Notes: a model not told the origin generated them from the sequence alone. A stretch of 64,000 nt of DNA from Candidatus Heimdallarchaeum aukensis (GCA_021513695.1 CP084166.1:32001-96000), one strand, 5' to 3'. Shown: positions 19,728 to 29,975, counted from the first letter of the stretch. A program made the numbers and translations.

Positions 19728-20999
19728 ATGGGTTTTGCATTGAAACAAAAAAAGATTCCCAGTTTTGTAATTATTCTACTTCTTTTTTCCTCTCTCATCG
19801 TTCTTGATGTTGTACGTCAAGGAAAATTTAGATCAGAGAAAAACGAGATTATTCTACGGATGTTATATACTAGCGAAAAAAAAGCTTGGATAAACACTGT
19901 CACTGTGGATTTTCCTGAGTGGTTTTCTTCTCGGAATCCAGACCTATCTGTTCATCTGGAGTTTGAAGTTTTAGGTACTAGATCCTCTATGATTTCAATT
20001 TTGTCAGGAGAGAGTAAACCTGTTATCTGGAGTCCAGCTTCTAGTGTTTGGGTTCCCCTTCTTGATTGGTCTTGGAAGAAAAAATTTGGTTTTTCTATCA
20101 TTGATGAAGAAAAAGTGAAATCACTTGTTTCTTCTCCTATAATTATTGGTGTTTGGAAGAGTTACGCTGAAAAACATAATTTAACATCATGGTCTGACCT
20201 ATATACTTTATCCTTTAAGGACCTTAAACTTGCACATACTTCTGCACAAGAATCAAATTCTGGTTATATGGCGGTTTTATTGGAAATCGCTGCTGCTAGT
20301 GGAAAACCTCCAAATGAAATAACTTTAGATGATCTAAAAAATTCGACTATCCAAAACTGGTTAAAACAAGTAGAATCTTCTGCAGTGTTATACGGCTCTT
20401 CTACTGGCTTCTTAGCAAAACAAGCTGTTCAGTTAGGTCCTGCAGGAATAAATGTTATGATATTATATGAGAATTTAATAATTGAAACTGCAAAAGATGG
20501 CGAAGCTTATGCAAAATGGAACGATAGTATCATTGCTGTTTATCCTTCTGAAGGAACATTATGGAGCGATCATCCAATTGTATTATTGAATGCTAGTTGG
20601 GTTTCTCCTGAAGAATATTTTGCTGCAACAGAATTTGAAAAATTTTTATTAAGTAAAGAAATACAGAAAAAAGCTATTCCTTTTGGTTTTAGACCTGGAA
20701 ATCAATCAATCATTAATGATATTGATGTGTTAGAGGAAATAAACTCTATCTTTAAAGAAGAGAACGGTGTAAAACCTACACTTTCCATTCCACTTTTTAA
20801 AACACCAACTGATGGAGAAGTTCTTGACAGAATTCCTGATTTATGGCTAAAAACAAGGGCAACATCACTTGAAAGCCCAGAAAATAACACGGATGTTCAA
20901 CTAGGTTTCTCTCCTTATTCAACCTATTTAGTTTTTCTAATCGCTTTTCTACTGTTAATTCCCATAAAAAATCGAAAAAATAGGCGGGTGAAAGACTAG
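19728..20999 (+). CDS. ABC transporter substrate-binding protein (SBP_bac_11-like, oxyanion type) with an N-terminal TM/signal and a C-terminal TM anchor.
   Basis: It is the first gene of a permease/ATPase operon. It has periplasmic-binding-protein-like length, a SAQESNSGY motif and a C-terminal hydrophobic segment (YLVFLIAFLLLIPI). Confidence 0.6.
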   Translation: MGFALKQKKIPSFVIILLLFSSLIVLDVVRQGKFRSEKNEIILRMLYTSEKKAWINTVTVDFPEWFSSRNPDLSVHLEFEVLGTRSSMISILSGESKPVIWSPASSVWVPLLDWSWKKKFGFSIIDEEKVKSLVSSPIIIGVWKSYAEKHNLTSWSDLYTLSFKDLKLAHTSAQESNSGYMAVLLEIAAASGKPPNEITLDDLKNSTIQNWLKQVESSAVLYGSSTGFLAKQAVQLGPAGINVMILYENLIIETAKDGEAYAKWNDSIIAVYPSEGTLWSDHPIVLLNASWVSPEEYFAATEFEKFLLSKEIQKKAIPFGFRPGNQSIINDIDVLEEINSIFKEENGVKPTLSIPLFKTPTDGEVLDRIPDLWLKTRATSLESPENNTDVQLGFSPYSTYLVFLIAFLLLIPIKNRKNRRVKD

Positions 21000-22717
21000 T
21001 GTTTAAAACTGATAAAGAAAATATTGAACTATTCTTCAGGAAAACAAGGTTAAAGATTGAAACTTTTCTTTCGCGAAATTCAGTCTTGCTAATTGGAAAA
21101 ATAATTACAATTTCTATTTTTATTCTAATAATTATTGGACCTATTTTTTACCTACTATTACAAATTTTCTTACATTGGGGCGAAATTTATTCTAAGGTAT
21201 TTAATGACCCAATTCTAGGGAACGAAGCTTTTCTAATGATGCTTCGTTCAATAGGTTTGTCATTAAAAGTTGCTGGAATTGTTACCTTTTTCGATTTAAT
21301 TGTAGGAATACCAATAGCTTGGGTATTGGCAAGATACAATTTTAAAGGAAAAAAGATTTTGGACACTCTTGTAGATATGCCTATGGCTGTACCAACAAGT
21401 GCGCTCGGTTTTTCTATCTATCTTTTTTGGGGAACAAATAATGGTATATCACGTTTATTAAATTCTAATGTCGGATTAGTTTCTCAAGGAACTCTTTTAA
21501 TTATACTTACTCACATAGCTTTTACATTTCCGTATGTTACGAGATCTATCAAGGGAATAATTGCAGATTTAGACATTAACATAGAGAAAGCTGCAAAAAC
21601 ATTAGGAGCTCCTCCTTTTACAATTGCAAGAATGATTTCTCTTCCTATGGTTAAAGAGTCTTTATTAGCAGGGACTGTTCTGGCCTTTACTCGTTCTTTA
21701 GGAGAAACAGGTGCAACATTAATTGTGAGTGGAGTTTACCAAACAGCTCCTGTTGTAATTGTTAGTTGGATGAAAGGATTAAAGATTCCCACCACTGCTT
21801 TTCTTTCTCTGATCTTAATAATTATCAGTTTACTGTTACTTACTGCTGTTAGGTTATTTGCTCGAAAGGTAGGTCTTCCTTGGAACAAAGTTTTTCCAAG
21901 ATTTGAAAGAAAAATTAGTTCAAAAAAAGTAGCGAGAACTAGAGATAGTTTATCTATTACTCTTTTCTTTATTTTTGTCTTTATACCCGCCCTCTTTGTT
22001 GTTATTTACTTGTTTCAATGGTGGAATAAATCTCCTTTTTCTGGAGACCATGAAGCTGGGATGATTTATCAAGTGTTTCAAGCTCCAGATAAAAAAATTG
22101 ATTCAATAGTTCATGCTTTCGTTACATCAGTAGAAGTAGCATTGATAGTTACAATTGTTAATCTGGTAATTGCTACACCTATGGCTCTACTTATTTCAAA
22201 AACTAAGAATGATAAACTTAAAGGACTTCTTGATACATTGATTGATATCCCTTTAATTATTCCTAGTTCTGCACTTGGTTTTAGCATATTCTTCCTCTGG
22301 GGATCAAATGGTCTGCATCTCCTTTCACCAGGATTTATGATGATTATTGTTTCTCATATCTCTTTCACCTATGCCTATTGTGTCAGACCTCTCGTTGGTG
22401 CTTTTGATGCAATCCCAACAATGTATGATGAAGCTGCTTTCGCCTTTGGTTCATCTAGACTTACAGCTTTTAGGACAGTCACCATGCCTTTCCTAAAAAG
22501 TGGATTAATTGCAGTTTCTATTATGACTTTTACTCGCTCTATGAGTGAAACTGGTGCAACAATAATCGTTCAAGGAGTAGAAAGAACAATCCCTGTTTTG
22601 CTGGTTGATTTCTTTGAAGCTTCTACTTTTCCTGCTGCAGCTTTTGCTGCTTCTTTGTTAATATTGATTTCATTCCTTTCATTGCTTCTGCTTCGATATG
22701 TTTCTAAGGAGAGATAG
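20999..22717 (+). CDS. ABC transporter permease with two fused BPD-type permease domains.
   Basis: Two EAA-type loops are present: FTRSLGETGATLIV and FTRSMSETGATIIV. About 12 TM helices. The GTG start shares 1 nt with the upstream stop (TAGTG). Confidence 0.8.
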   Translation: MFKTDKENIELFFRKTRLKIETFLSRNSVLLIGKIITISIFILIIIGPIFYLLLQIFLHWGEIYSKVFNDPILGNEAFLMMLRSIGLSLKVAGIVTFFDLIVGIPIAWVLARYNFKGKKILDTLVDMPMAVPTSALGFSIYLFWGTNNGISRLLNSNVGLVSQGTLLIILTHIAFTFPYVTRSIKGIIADLDINIEKAAKTLGAPPFTIARMISLPMVKESLLAGTVLAFTRSLGETGATLIVSGVYQTAPVVIVSWMKGLKIPTTAFLSLILIIISLLLLTAVRLFARKVGLPWNKVFPRFERKISSKKVARTRDSLSITLFFIFVFIPALFVVIYLFQWWNKSPFSGDHEAGMIYQVFQAPDKKIDSIVHAFVTSVEVALIVTIVNLVIATPMALLISKTKNDKLKGLLDTLIDIPLIIPSSALGFSIFFLWGSNGLHLLSPGFMMIIVSHISFTYAYCVRPLVGAFDAIPTMYDEAAFAFGSSRLTAFRTVTMPFLKSGLIAVSIMTFTRSMSETGATIIVQGVERTIPVLLVDFFEASTFPAAAFAASLLILISFLSLLLLRYVSKER

Positions 22718-22720
22718 ATA

Positions 22721-23821
22721 ATGACAGAGATACAATTTAAACATGTGACAAAAATTTTTGGAAGAAAAGTAGAAGCAGTTAAGGATTTATCTTTCATCAT
22801 AGAAGATGGAGAATATGTTTCGCTCATTGGACCTTCAGGTTGTGGGAAAACAACTACTCTTCGTCTTCTGGCTGGAACAGTTTTACCAACAAGAGGAAAG
22901 ATTTTCTTTGACAATAGAGAAGTAGAGAATCTTCCAATTCAAGAAAGGAATCTAGGGTTTGTTTTCCAACATTTTGCTATTTTTCCTCATATGAATGTAT
23001 GGGAAAATATAGCTTATGGTCCAACTGTAAAAGGAAAGAAAAAAAGTGAAATTGAAGAGTTAGTAGAACATTCTCTCTCTTCTGTTCAGATGAAAGAAAG
23101 AGCAGAATCTTTTCCTTCTGAATTGTCAGCACCAGAACTACAAAAAGTAGCTTTAGCAAGAGTAATAGCTGCTGAAGCAAAAATACTTCTCTTAGATGAA
23201 CCTTTAGGAGCATTAGATCAAAAAATAAGAGAAGAATTTCAATTTTTCTTACGTGATTTTGTTAAAAAGCAAGGCCTTACAGCGATACATGTTACACATG
23301 ATCAAGCAGAAGCTCTTTCAATCAGTGATAAAGTAATAGTGTTGAATAAAGGCCAATTAGTTCAGATGGGTACTCCTGATGATCTGATATTTTCTCCAAC
23401 AAACTTGTTTACTTCATTTTTTGTTGGAGAAAGCGATTTTATTGAAGGATATGTCCTTGACGATTCTTCTCGGTTTTCAAAAGTCAGAGTAGGTTTAGAA
23501 AGTATAAATGTACAAAATGCTGGAATACATAAGGGAGAACATGTAGTTATAGCAATTAGAAGAGAGTTCTTCGATGTTAGAAAAGCAGATCAAAATAATG
23601 AGAACTTTTTAACTGGAAAAGTAATTAGTGACCAATTTTTGGGACTGTTTCGAAGAGTCAAAGTTTTATTAAAAAATCAGCAGATAATTGAAGCTAAAAT
23701 TCATGCTAAAAGTCCTTTAAAATTTGAAGAAAATGAAACAGTTCATGTTATTATAGACCCAGCTAGAACTAGATGCTTTGAATTTCCGAAAGAAGGAATA
23801 AAAAAATCATTGGAGATGTAA
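22721..23821 (+). CDS. ABC transporter ATP-binding protein 1.
   Basis: Walker A GPSGCGKTT, a degenerate signature LSAPELQKV, Walker B LLLDEP, an H-loop VTHD, and a C-terminal TOBE-like domain. Confidence 0.85.
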   Translation: MTEIQFKHVTKIFGRKVEAVKDLSFIIEDGEYVSLIGPSGCGKTTTLRLLAGTVLPTRGKIFFDNREVENLPIQERNLGFVFQHFAIFPHMNVWENIAYGPTVKGKKKSEIEELVEHSLSSVQMKERAESFPSELSAPELQKVALARVIAAEAKILLLDEPLGALDQKIREEFQFFLRDFVKKQGLTAIHVTHDQAEALSISDKVIVLNKGQLVQMGTPDDLIFSPTNLFTSFFVGESDFIEGYVLDDSSRFSKVRVGLESINVQNAGIHKGEHVVIAIRREFFDVRKADQNNENFLTGKVISDQFLGLFRRVKVLLKNQQIIEAKIHAKSPLKFEENETVHVIIDPARTRCFEFPKEGIKKSLEM

Positions 23822-23824
23822 GAA

Positions 23825-24979
23825 ATGGTTTCTGTGCGAATGGAGAACGTTACTAAAAAATACGGAAAAGTTATTGGCATCAAAGATTTATCTCTGTCTA
23901 TAAATGATGGAGAATATGTTGCCATATTAGGCCCAACTGGAGCTGGGAAAACTACAACAATGTATATTCTTGCAGGATTAATTTCTCCTTCATCAGGGAA
24001 GGTTTTTTTTGATGATGTTGATGTTACGGATGTTCCTGCTGAAGATAGACAAATTGGTTTTGTTTTTGAAGAATATAATCTCTTCCCAAGAATGAACGTG
24101 GAGAAAAATATTTTATTTGGTCCAATTGTAAAAAATCTAGATCTTTCGGTATCAAGAAAGGTTGCACTTGAATTGTTGGACTTGTTAAATATTAAAGGAA
24201 AAGAAAAGAATTATCCTAATGAAATTAGTGGAGGACAAAAACAACGTGTAGCACTAGCTCGAGCAATAGTTTCAAATGCTAAACTATTAATTATGGACGA
24301 CCCTTTACGAGCTTTAGATGCAAAAATAAGAGATATTTTACAAGTTGAACTTAGAAAGTTAGTTAAGGATCTTGGTTTAACTTGTATTCACGCTACTCAT
24401 GATACTCATGAAGCCATGAGAGTTGCTGACCGTATTCTTGTTTTTAAGGATGGGCAAATAGTTCAAGATGGAACACCCGAGGAGATCTACAATAATCCAA
24501 ATTCCATTTATGTTGCAGATTTTCTTGGAGAAAATGTTTCATTTCGAGGAGAAATCTTTGAAGAGAAAGAAGAGAGATATCTTTTAACAGAAAACAACCT
24601 AAAATTAAAAGTTCAAACAAATTATCTCACTGGAACAAAAGTTGTAGCTTTAGTTCCTTTAGAGCTTATAGATGTATATCCTAAAGAAGAATCAAATAGT
24701 TTAAACTACGATAATATCATTTCTGGTAAATTAATTAAATCAAAACTAATAGGTGAATTTTTTGAATTAATTCTTGAAATTTCAGGAATGAAAATAAAAG
24801 CTTATGAGTTAATTGGAAAGAAAAACATTCCAACAACTCCTAATTCAGATATTGTAATTGCTATGGATAAAGATGATTTCAGAATTTTTGAATTAGAAAA
24901 TGAAAAAGTAATAAATAATGAAAAAAGTATAGAGAGTGAAGAAGATGAATCAAAAAGAACTAAAAAGCTGGTTGAGTAG
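23825..24979 (+). CDS. ABC transporter ATP-binding protein 2.
   Basis: Walker A GPTGAGKTT, signature ISGGQKQRV, Walker B LIMDDP, H-loop ATHD. Confidence 0.85.
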   Translation: MVSVRMENVTKKYGKVIGIKDLSLSINDGEYVAILGPTGAGKTTTMYILAGLISPSSGKVFFDDVDVTDVPAEDRQIGFVFEEYNLFPRMNVEKNILFGPIVKNLDLSVSRKVALELLDLLNIKGKEKNYPNEISGGQKQRVALARAIVSNAKLLIMDDPLRALDAKIRDILQVELRKLVKDLGLTCIHATHDTHEAMRVADRILVFKDGQIVQDGTPEEIYNNPNSIYVADFLGENVSFRGEIFEEKEERYLLTENNLKLKVQTNYLTGTKVVALVPLELIDVYPKEESNSLNYDNIISGKLIKSKLIGEFFELILEISGMKIKAYELIGKKNIPTTPNSDIVIAMDKDDFRIFELENEKVINNEKSIESEEDESKRTKKLVE

Positions 24980-25613
24980 AAGAAGAGAATCAAGGATTTT
25001 AGATAGAATTCGTGAGCATTTAGTTCATGTAAATAATACAATTCTAAAAGCTATGGATTTCTTTCAATTTTGGTTAAAAAAAGACGAATCTGCAGCTACT
25101 CACATTTTTGATTTAATACACCAAGAGGAAAAAACAGCAGATGCTATTGAAGCAGAAATAGTTCAAATGCTTTCAGAAGGAGAAACTCCTGATTATGTAC
25201 GAACAGATTTGCTAAACTTTATTCGTTTGGCAGATAAAGCAGCTGGTGGAATAAAGAGAGGATGTGATAATTTGCTATTGATTATTAACCATACTTACCC
25301 TGAAACTATTCAAAATGTTATAAAAGAAATCTTTGATAAGTTAACTAAAGAATCTGTTAGCTTTTTCGAAGCATTTGATAACATGTTTAAACTTTCTAAA
25401 GAGCAGCTTAAAGATAAAATAACTGAAGTAGACTTGATGGAATCAGAAATAGATAAGTTATACAAACAAATGAAATATGAAATAGCATACTCCACAGAAA
25501 ATGTTCCTGCAGGAGCATTAATAATTCTAGATCATGCTATTAGAGATATAGAGGAAGTATCAGACCTGTTAGAAGATTGTGCTGACTTAATTAGAAGTAT
25601 AGCGATACTTTAG
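24936..25613 (+). CDS. DUF47 / PhoU-related protein.
   Basis: About 220 aa and all-helical. The layout resembles TIGR00153/DUF47 proteins. It overlaps the preceding ATPase gene by 44 nt; an alternative ATG lies at 24945. Confidence 0.55.
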   Translation: MKKMNQKELKSWLSRRRESRILDRIREHLVHVNNTILKAMDFFQFWLKKDESAATHIFDLIHQEEKTADAIEAEIVQMLSEGETPDYVRTDLLNFIRLADKAAGGIKRGCDNLLLIINHTYPETIQNVIKEIFDKLTKESVSFFEAFDNMFKLSKEQLKDKITEVDLMESEIDKLYKQMKYEIAYSTENVPAGALIILDHAIRDIEEVSDLLEDCADLIRSIAIL

Positions 25614-25710
25614 GCAAAAGCTTTTTTTCTTTTCTTATTTCTTCTCTGCTTCTTTAATAAATAATGTTTAAATCTGATTAATTAATTTTGAATATAAGTA
25701 GGTGAAACTT

Positions 25711-26022
25711 ATGTTTGATGATGAGCATGAAGCTGTGAACTTCAGATATGATGTACAATGTATGATAAAAGGAGAAAATCTCTCTCGAAAAGATAAGAAT
25801 CTAATAAGAGACAGAATAATGAAAGAATGCGTAGGAGATTGTCTTTTAGTAATAGGAATGCCAGGTCATATTAAAGTTCATTTCCATACAGATCAACCAG
25901 AAGAACTTTTTAAGATTCTAGAAGAATATGGAACTTTTGAAATGAAAGCAATTGAAGATATGAAAGAACAATATGAAGCTTTTAAAGCAAAGAAACAACA
26001 AGAAAAAAAAGAAAAAAGCTGA
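25711..26022 (+). CDS. Stand-alone homolog of the C-terminal segment of the DAK2-fusion protein YloV.
   Basis: GDCLLVIGMPGHIKVHFHTDQPEELFKILEEYGTFEMKAIEDMKEQ resembles the YloV C-terminus (GDSLlVvg..d.vKVHvHTndPg.vl.....G.l...kieNM..Q). AGGTGA lies just upstream of the ATG at 25711. Confidence 0.5.
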   Translation: MFDDEHEAVNFRYDVQCMIKGENLSRKDKNLIRDRIMKECVGDCLLVIGMPGHIKVHFHTDQPEELFKILEEYGTFEMKAIEDMKEQYEAFKAKKQQEKKEKS

Positions 26023-26202
26023 ATATTGATAGTATTTCCTTTTTTTATTGAAATTGTTTAATTTTTTTATTAACAATTGTTTTTTTTTAATCAATATTTA
26101 ATTATCAATTTTCTAACTGTTTAACCCTATAATACTATTCTACAATTAAATATAAAAATAAGAAAAGAATATTGTTATTAAGAGGTTACTGGAGGCAACT
26201 AT

Positions 26203-28710
26203 GTGAAAAAAGTTAATTTAGCGAGACAATGGGTGTTGTCAACAATTTTGACTGTTTCTTTTTCACTCTTTATAATAATGGGTTCAAACACTTTAATTTT
26301 AGAGACACGAATTCAAGGATTGACTCAATCTACTTTTGATAAATATCTCGAATCAAAAATTGAAAGCATGGAGCTCTCCAGTTATCAATTTGCATCTTCA
26401 ATAGATTCACTCTTTGAAGGATATATAGTCTCTCTGAATAACACAGCAAAGTATATTTCTCATCAACTTTACTCTAATGAATCACTGGAAATTTATGAAA
26501 AAAACTATTTAGAATTCACAAATAGTGATGAAACCCTATATCTAAATGGTTTAATAAATGCTAGTGTAAGGCGAGAAGAAAAAATTGGTTACTTAGACTT
26601 CTATAATGATGGAACAAACATTATGGATACTCCAGGATTAGTTATCACTGGAAAAATTAAAAATACAATCTCAATACAAGGAATTATAACAGTTCAAACA
26701 AATGCTTCATTATCTGGAGAACTTGCATTAAATTCTTCTTTGCTTCTTTTTTACTCTGAACCTAATTCTAGTTTGTTCTCTGTTGATATTTCAGATTTAT
26801 TTCAAAGTTATTTCAACAACTCATTTAATGTTACTCTTCTTGGTTCATGGAATGAAGATCCAAATTTGATTCCTCAAGTAATAAAGTCTAGGATTAATTT
26901 TACAGAGTTTAGTTTCTTTAAAGAGTATTATGTTTTAAATTCGCCTAAAATGTCAAATATTACCTTAACAAAAGAATTAGAAATCTCAAAAATTGATGGC
27001 TGTATTGAGGGTTATATCTTAGGGCAGTATAAAGGTATATTAAAAGGAAACATTAATGGAGTTTTAAGTGGTTCAATTGATTTGCGTCCTAAATATATTT
27101 ATCAACATTTTCCTTCTCTACGTCAATCTTTTTTGCAATGGGTTTATTATGCAACACCAAATTATTTTATCATTTATCCATATTATCCTAACTATTTTGA
27201 CCCTGAGCATTTATTAGCTTTAACTATCGAATTTAATTGGTTAAAAAGACCTTGGTATAATGAAATATTGGCTCAAGAAATAAATGAAACAAGAAAGGGC
27301 GTAAAAGCACATTTTTCTAGTTTAGGAGTAGACTATGTGTTAAAAAATTTATTTATTAGTCTAGGGCAAGCAATTTATAATTCCACAGATTACCAAGGCC
27401 TTTTAGTACAAGATTTCAATTTAGATTTTTTGAAAAATGCTTTAGAACTTAGGATCACTCAAGAAGATTTTAATTGGCTTGTAGACAATTCAGGAAATAT
27501 TCTTTATTCTCCTGAATACTTTGAAAAAGAGAATGTATTCATTTTAACTCCCTATCCTACTTCTAATGTTTTTAAATTAAACAACAGTGCTCTCTCTAAT
27601 TCATTTCTAGCTGCTAAAGCAGGTGAATTGTCTCATATTGAGTTAACCTTCAACGAAACATCATACTTAGTTTTTTATAGAGAACTTGCTTCGCCAGATT
27701 GGTGGATGATTCACTTTTCACCCGTGGATTTAATTCTTGAAGAAATACAACCATTAATTAATGAAATGGAGAAAAACTTCAGAAATGTAGAAGTTATGCT
27801 CTTAGTTACATTGTTTGTTATACTATCTATTGTTGGGAGTATTGAAATATTCTTGACTAGAAATTATACAAAAAACTTAACTAAACTTAGAAACGCTATA
27901 GATCGGGTTTCTAGTGGAGATTATAGCGTTTCTTTTGACTTTAATAGAGAAAAATTAAATGAAATTACTGAAGTATTCTTCCTATTTGAAGAAATGGCTA
28001 TCAAATTAAACGATTCAATTGAAAAAGAAAAACAATCGACAATTTTAGCAAACCTTGCTCTTGACTTGTTTATTCATGATATAGGCAATTATTTGCATGC
28101 TCTAAATGGTTATTTGGAATTAGTTTCATTAAGGTCGGAAACTGAAGAAATGAAATCTCTTCTAGAGAAAATACGAAGAGTATTAGAAAAGACTGAACGG
28201 TTAAGGGATAGAATAATTGTTCTCCGTTCTTTAAGCAGTAAAAAAATGACTTATGCAAAAGTGAATCTAAAACAACAAATAGTAAAAGCACTAGAAAACG
28301 TAAAAATCTTTTATCCACAATTCATGATAGATTATGTTCAGCTTTTTGAAGATGATTTTTCAATTTATGTTTGTAATTACTTCACTGATTTACTAGAAAA
28401 CATATTTGAATTCTTTGTAAAACAATCTCAAACTAAAAAAGTTTCACTTCAGATAGATGCAATAGAAAAAGAAAAACATCTAGAATTAATAATTGAAGGA
28501 AAAGGAAAAGGTTTAAGCTATAGCAGAAAAATTCAGATACAAGAAGAGTTAGCTACAGGTAGAAGACTTTCTGATTTTAATTTAATTACAGCATATATGA
28601 TTGTTAAAAGATCTGGCGGAAGTATGGTTATTGAGGATATGGTTGAAGGAAAACCAGAAGAAGGTTCTAAGCTAATTCTTAAATTACCTAAAAATACACA
28701 GAAAATATGA
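26203..28710 (+). CDS. Sensor histidine kinase with a large Cache-like extracellular domain, a TM helix, a HAMP-like linker, and DHp and HATPase domains.
   Basis: - N-terminal TM followed by a roughly 500-aa ectodomain with LKRPWYNE (Cache-type motif).
- Second TM: MLLVTLFVILSIVGSIEIFL.
- H-box: FIHDIGNYLHAL.
- C-terminal ATPase-like region, with a degenerate G-box.
- GGAGG lies 10 nt upstream of the GTG start. Confidence 0.7.
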   Translation: MKKVNLARQWVLSTILTVSFSLFIIMGSNTLILETRIQGLTQSTFDKYLESKIESMELSSYQFASSIDSLFEGYIVSLNNTAKYISHQLYSNESLEIYEKNYLEFTNSDETLYLNGLINASVRREEKIGYLDFYNDGTNIMDTPGLVITGKIKNTISIQGIITVQTNASLSGELALNSSLLLFYSEPNSSLFSVDISDLFQSYFNNSFNVTLLGSWNEDPNLIPQVIKSRINFTEFSFFKEYYVLNSPKMSNITLTKELEISKIDGCIEGYILGQYKGILKGNINGVLSGSIDLRPKYIYQHFPSLRQSFLQWVYYATPNYFIIYPYYPNYFDPEHLLALTIEFNWLKRPWYNEILAQEINETRKGVKAHFSSLGVDYVLKNLFISLGQAIYNSTDYQGLLVQDFNLDFLKNALELRITQEDFNWLVDNSGNILYSPEYFEKENVFILTPYPTSNVFKLNNSALSNSFLAAKAGELSHIELTFNETSYLVFYRELASPDWWMIHFSPVDLILEEIQPLINEMEKNFRNVEVMLLVTLFVILSIVGSIEIFLTRNYTKNLTKLRNAIDRVSSGDYSVSFDFNREKLNEITEVFFLFEEMAIKLNDSIEKEKQSTILANLALDLFIHDIGNYLHALNGYLELVSLRSETEEMKSLLEKIRRVLEKTERLRDRIIVLRSLSSKKMTYAKVNLKQQIVKALENVKIFYPQFMIDYVQLFEDDFSIYVCNYFTDLLENIFEFFVKQSQTKKVSLQIDAIEKEKHLELIIEGKGKGLSYSRKIQIQEELATGRRLSDFNLITAYMIVKRSGGSMVIEDMVEGKPEEGSKLILKLPKNTQKI

Positions 28711-29495
28711 AAAAACTAGCGATAATAGGCCTTGGTTTTATTGGAGAAACTGTAATTGATGCAATAATTAGTCAGAAAATTGATTTTGAAATACAAGCTA
28801 TTTATGATATAAATGAAAAAGTGCTAAAAAAAGTACAAAGACACTTAAAAAATGTAAGAATAATGAAAAACTTAACTGATTTTTCTGATTGTGATGTAGT
28901 AATAGAATGCGCGGTTCAATCAGTTGTTGAAGAAATATTTGATAAAGTATTGGAAGATAATATCTATTTTATACCAATGAGTATTGGTGCATTTGTAACA
29001 AATGAATCTCTTTACTTGAAGTATCAAAATTTGGATGAAGAGAAGAAAAAACTTATTCTTCTTCCTTCTGGGGCAATAGGGGGTTTTGATAGCATTGATG
29101 CAATCGCTTTGGAAGGATTAAACAGTGTTTTGTTAGAAACAAGAAAACCCTATCATGTTTTCGAAAAAAGTGCATATGCAATAAAAAATGGTATTAAATT
29201 AGATAAAAATAAAGAGACAATAATTTTTGAAGGAAACGCAAAAGAAGCAGCGAAAGAATTTCCACGTAGTATAAATGTCGCAGCTAGACTCTCGTTAGCT
29301 ACACTCGGGAGAGAAAAAACAAGAGTAAGAATTCTTTCAGATCCTTTAATTAATCAAAACATTCATCGAGTTTTTATTGAATCAAATGTTGGTTTATATG
29401 AATTCACATTTAAAAATAAACCTTCTCCTTCCAATCCAAAAACTTCTTGGTTAGCTGCTCTTTCTCTTATATCATTTTTGAAAAAGATTCAGTAA
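28707..29495 (+). CDS. nadX: L-aspartate dehydrogenase.
   Basis: N-terminal Rossmann motif LAIIGLGFIGE. GAIGGFDSIDA and NVAARLSLAT motifs are present. Size is about 262 aa. The same window carries nadA and nadC. Confidence 0.75.
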   Translation: MKKLAIIGLGFIGETVIDAIISQKIDFEIQAIYDINEKVLKKVQRHLKNVRIMKNLTDFSDCDVVIECAVQSVVEEIFDKVLEDNIYFIPMSIGAFVTNESLYLKYQNLDEEKKKLILLPSGAIGGFDSIDAIALEGLNSVLLETRKPYHVFEKSAYAIKNGIKLDKNKETIIFEGNAKEAAKEFPRSINVAARLSLATLGREKTRVRILSDPLINQNIHRVFIESNVGLYEFTFKNKPSPSNPKTSWLAALSLISFLKKIQ

Positions 29496-29502
29496 TTTTA
29501 AA

Positions 29503-29805
29503 TTAATTTGTTTTTTCTTCTTTTTCTTTTTTGAGCTGTTCGATTTCTTGCTTTATATTTCTCCGTAATGGAATTATTACACTAAATATTAGTAGAATCG
29601 TAATTAGTAAAGTAAGGTAAGACCATAGAGATTGAAAATATCCAATTCCGTTATTCAAATCGATAATGTTGAAAATTGCTGAAACAACCCAAATTGTTAG
29701 AATACTTATTGAAAGAAGGATTTTTCTAATTAATGTTATTTTCATGTATTTTTTACTGTTTCTTATATCAGCTATATTTTCTTTCTCGTTTGTGTTTTCT
29801 GCCAT
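29503..29805 (-). CDS. Small membrane protein of unknown function with two TM helices.
   Basis: Two hydrophobic segments are flanked by charged termini. No family recognised. Confidence 0.4.
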   Translation of the reverse strand: MAENTNEKENIADIRNSKKYMKITLIRKILLSISILTIWVVSAIFNIIDLNNGIGYFQSLWSYLTLLITILLIFSVIIPLRRNIKQEIEQLKKEKEEKTN

Positions 29806-29975
29806 CTTAAATTCTCTGATTTGTTTGTTAATATATATTTTTCCTTTTTGTTACTTCTAAAATATAATTTCTAAAAAAAAATATATAATGAATTTAAGCT
29901 TCTAAATTAACTATTGATTGTCAATAACAAAACGTTAAAAATAAAATTGAAAAGAATATTTTTAGGTAGATAAAA

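Noticed and set aside
19728-25613. Calling the ABC system a Pst phosphate transporter because of the PhoU-like neighbour.
   Set aside because: The SBP and the fused double permease do not look PstS/PstCA-like by eye, and DUF47 proteins are not specific to Pst. The substrate is left open.
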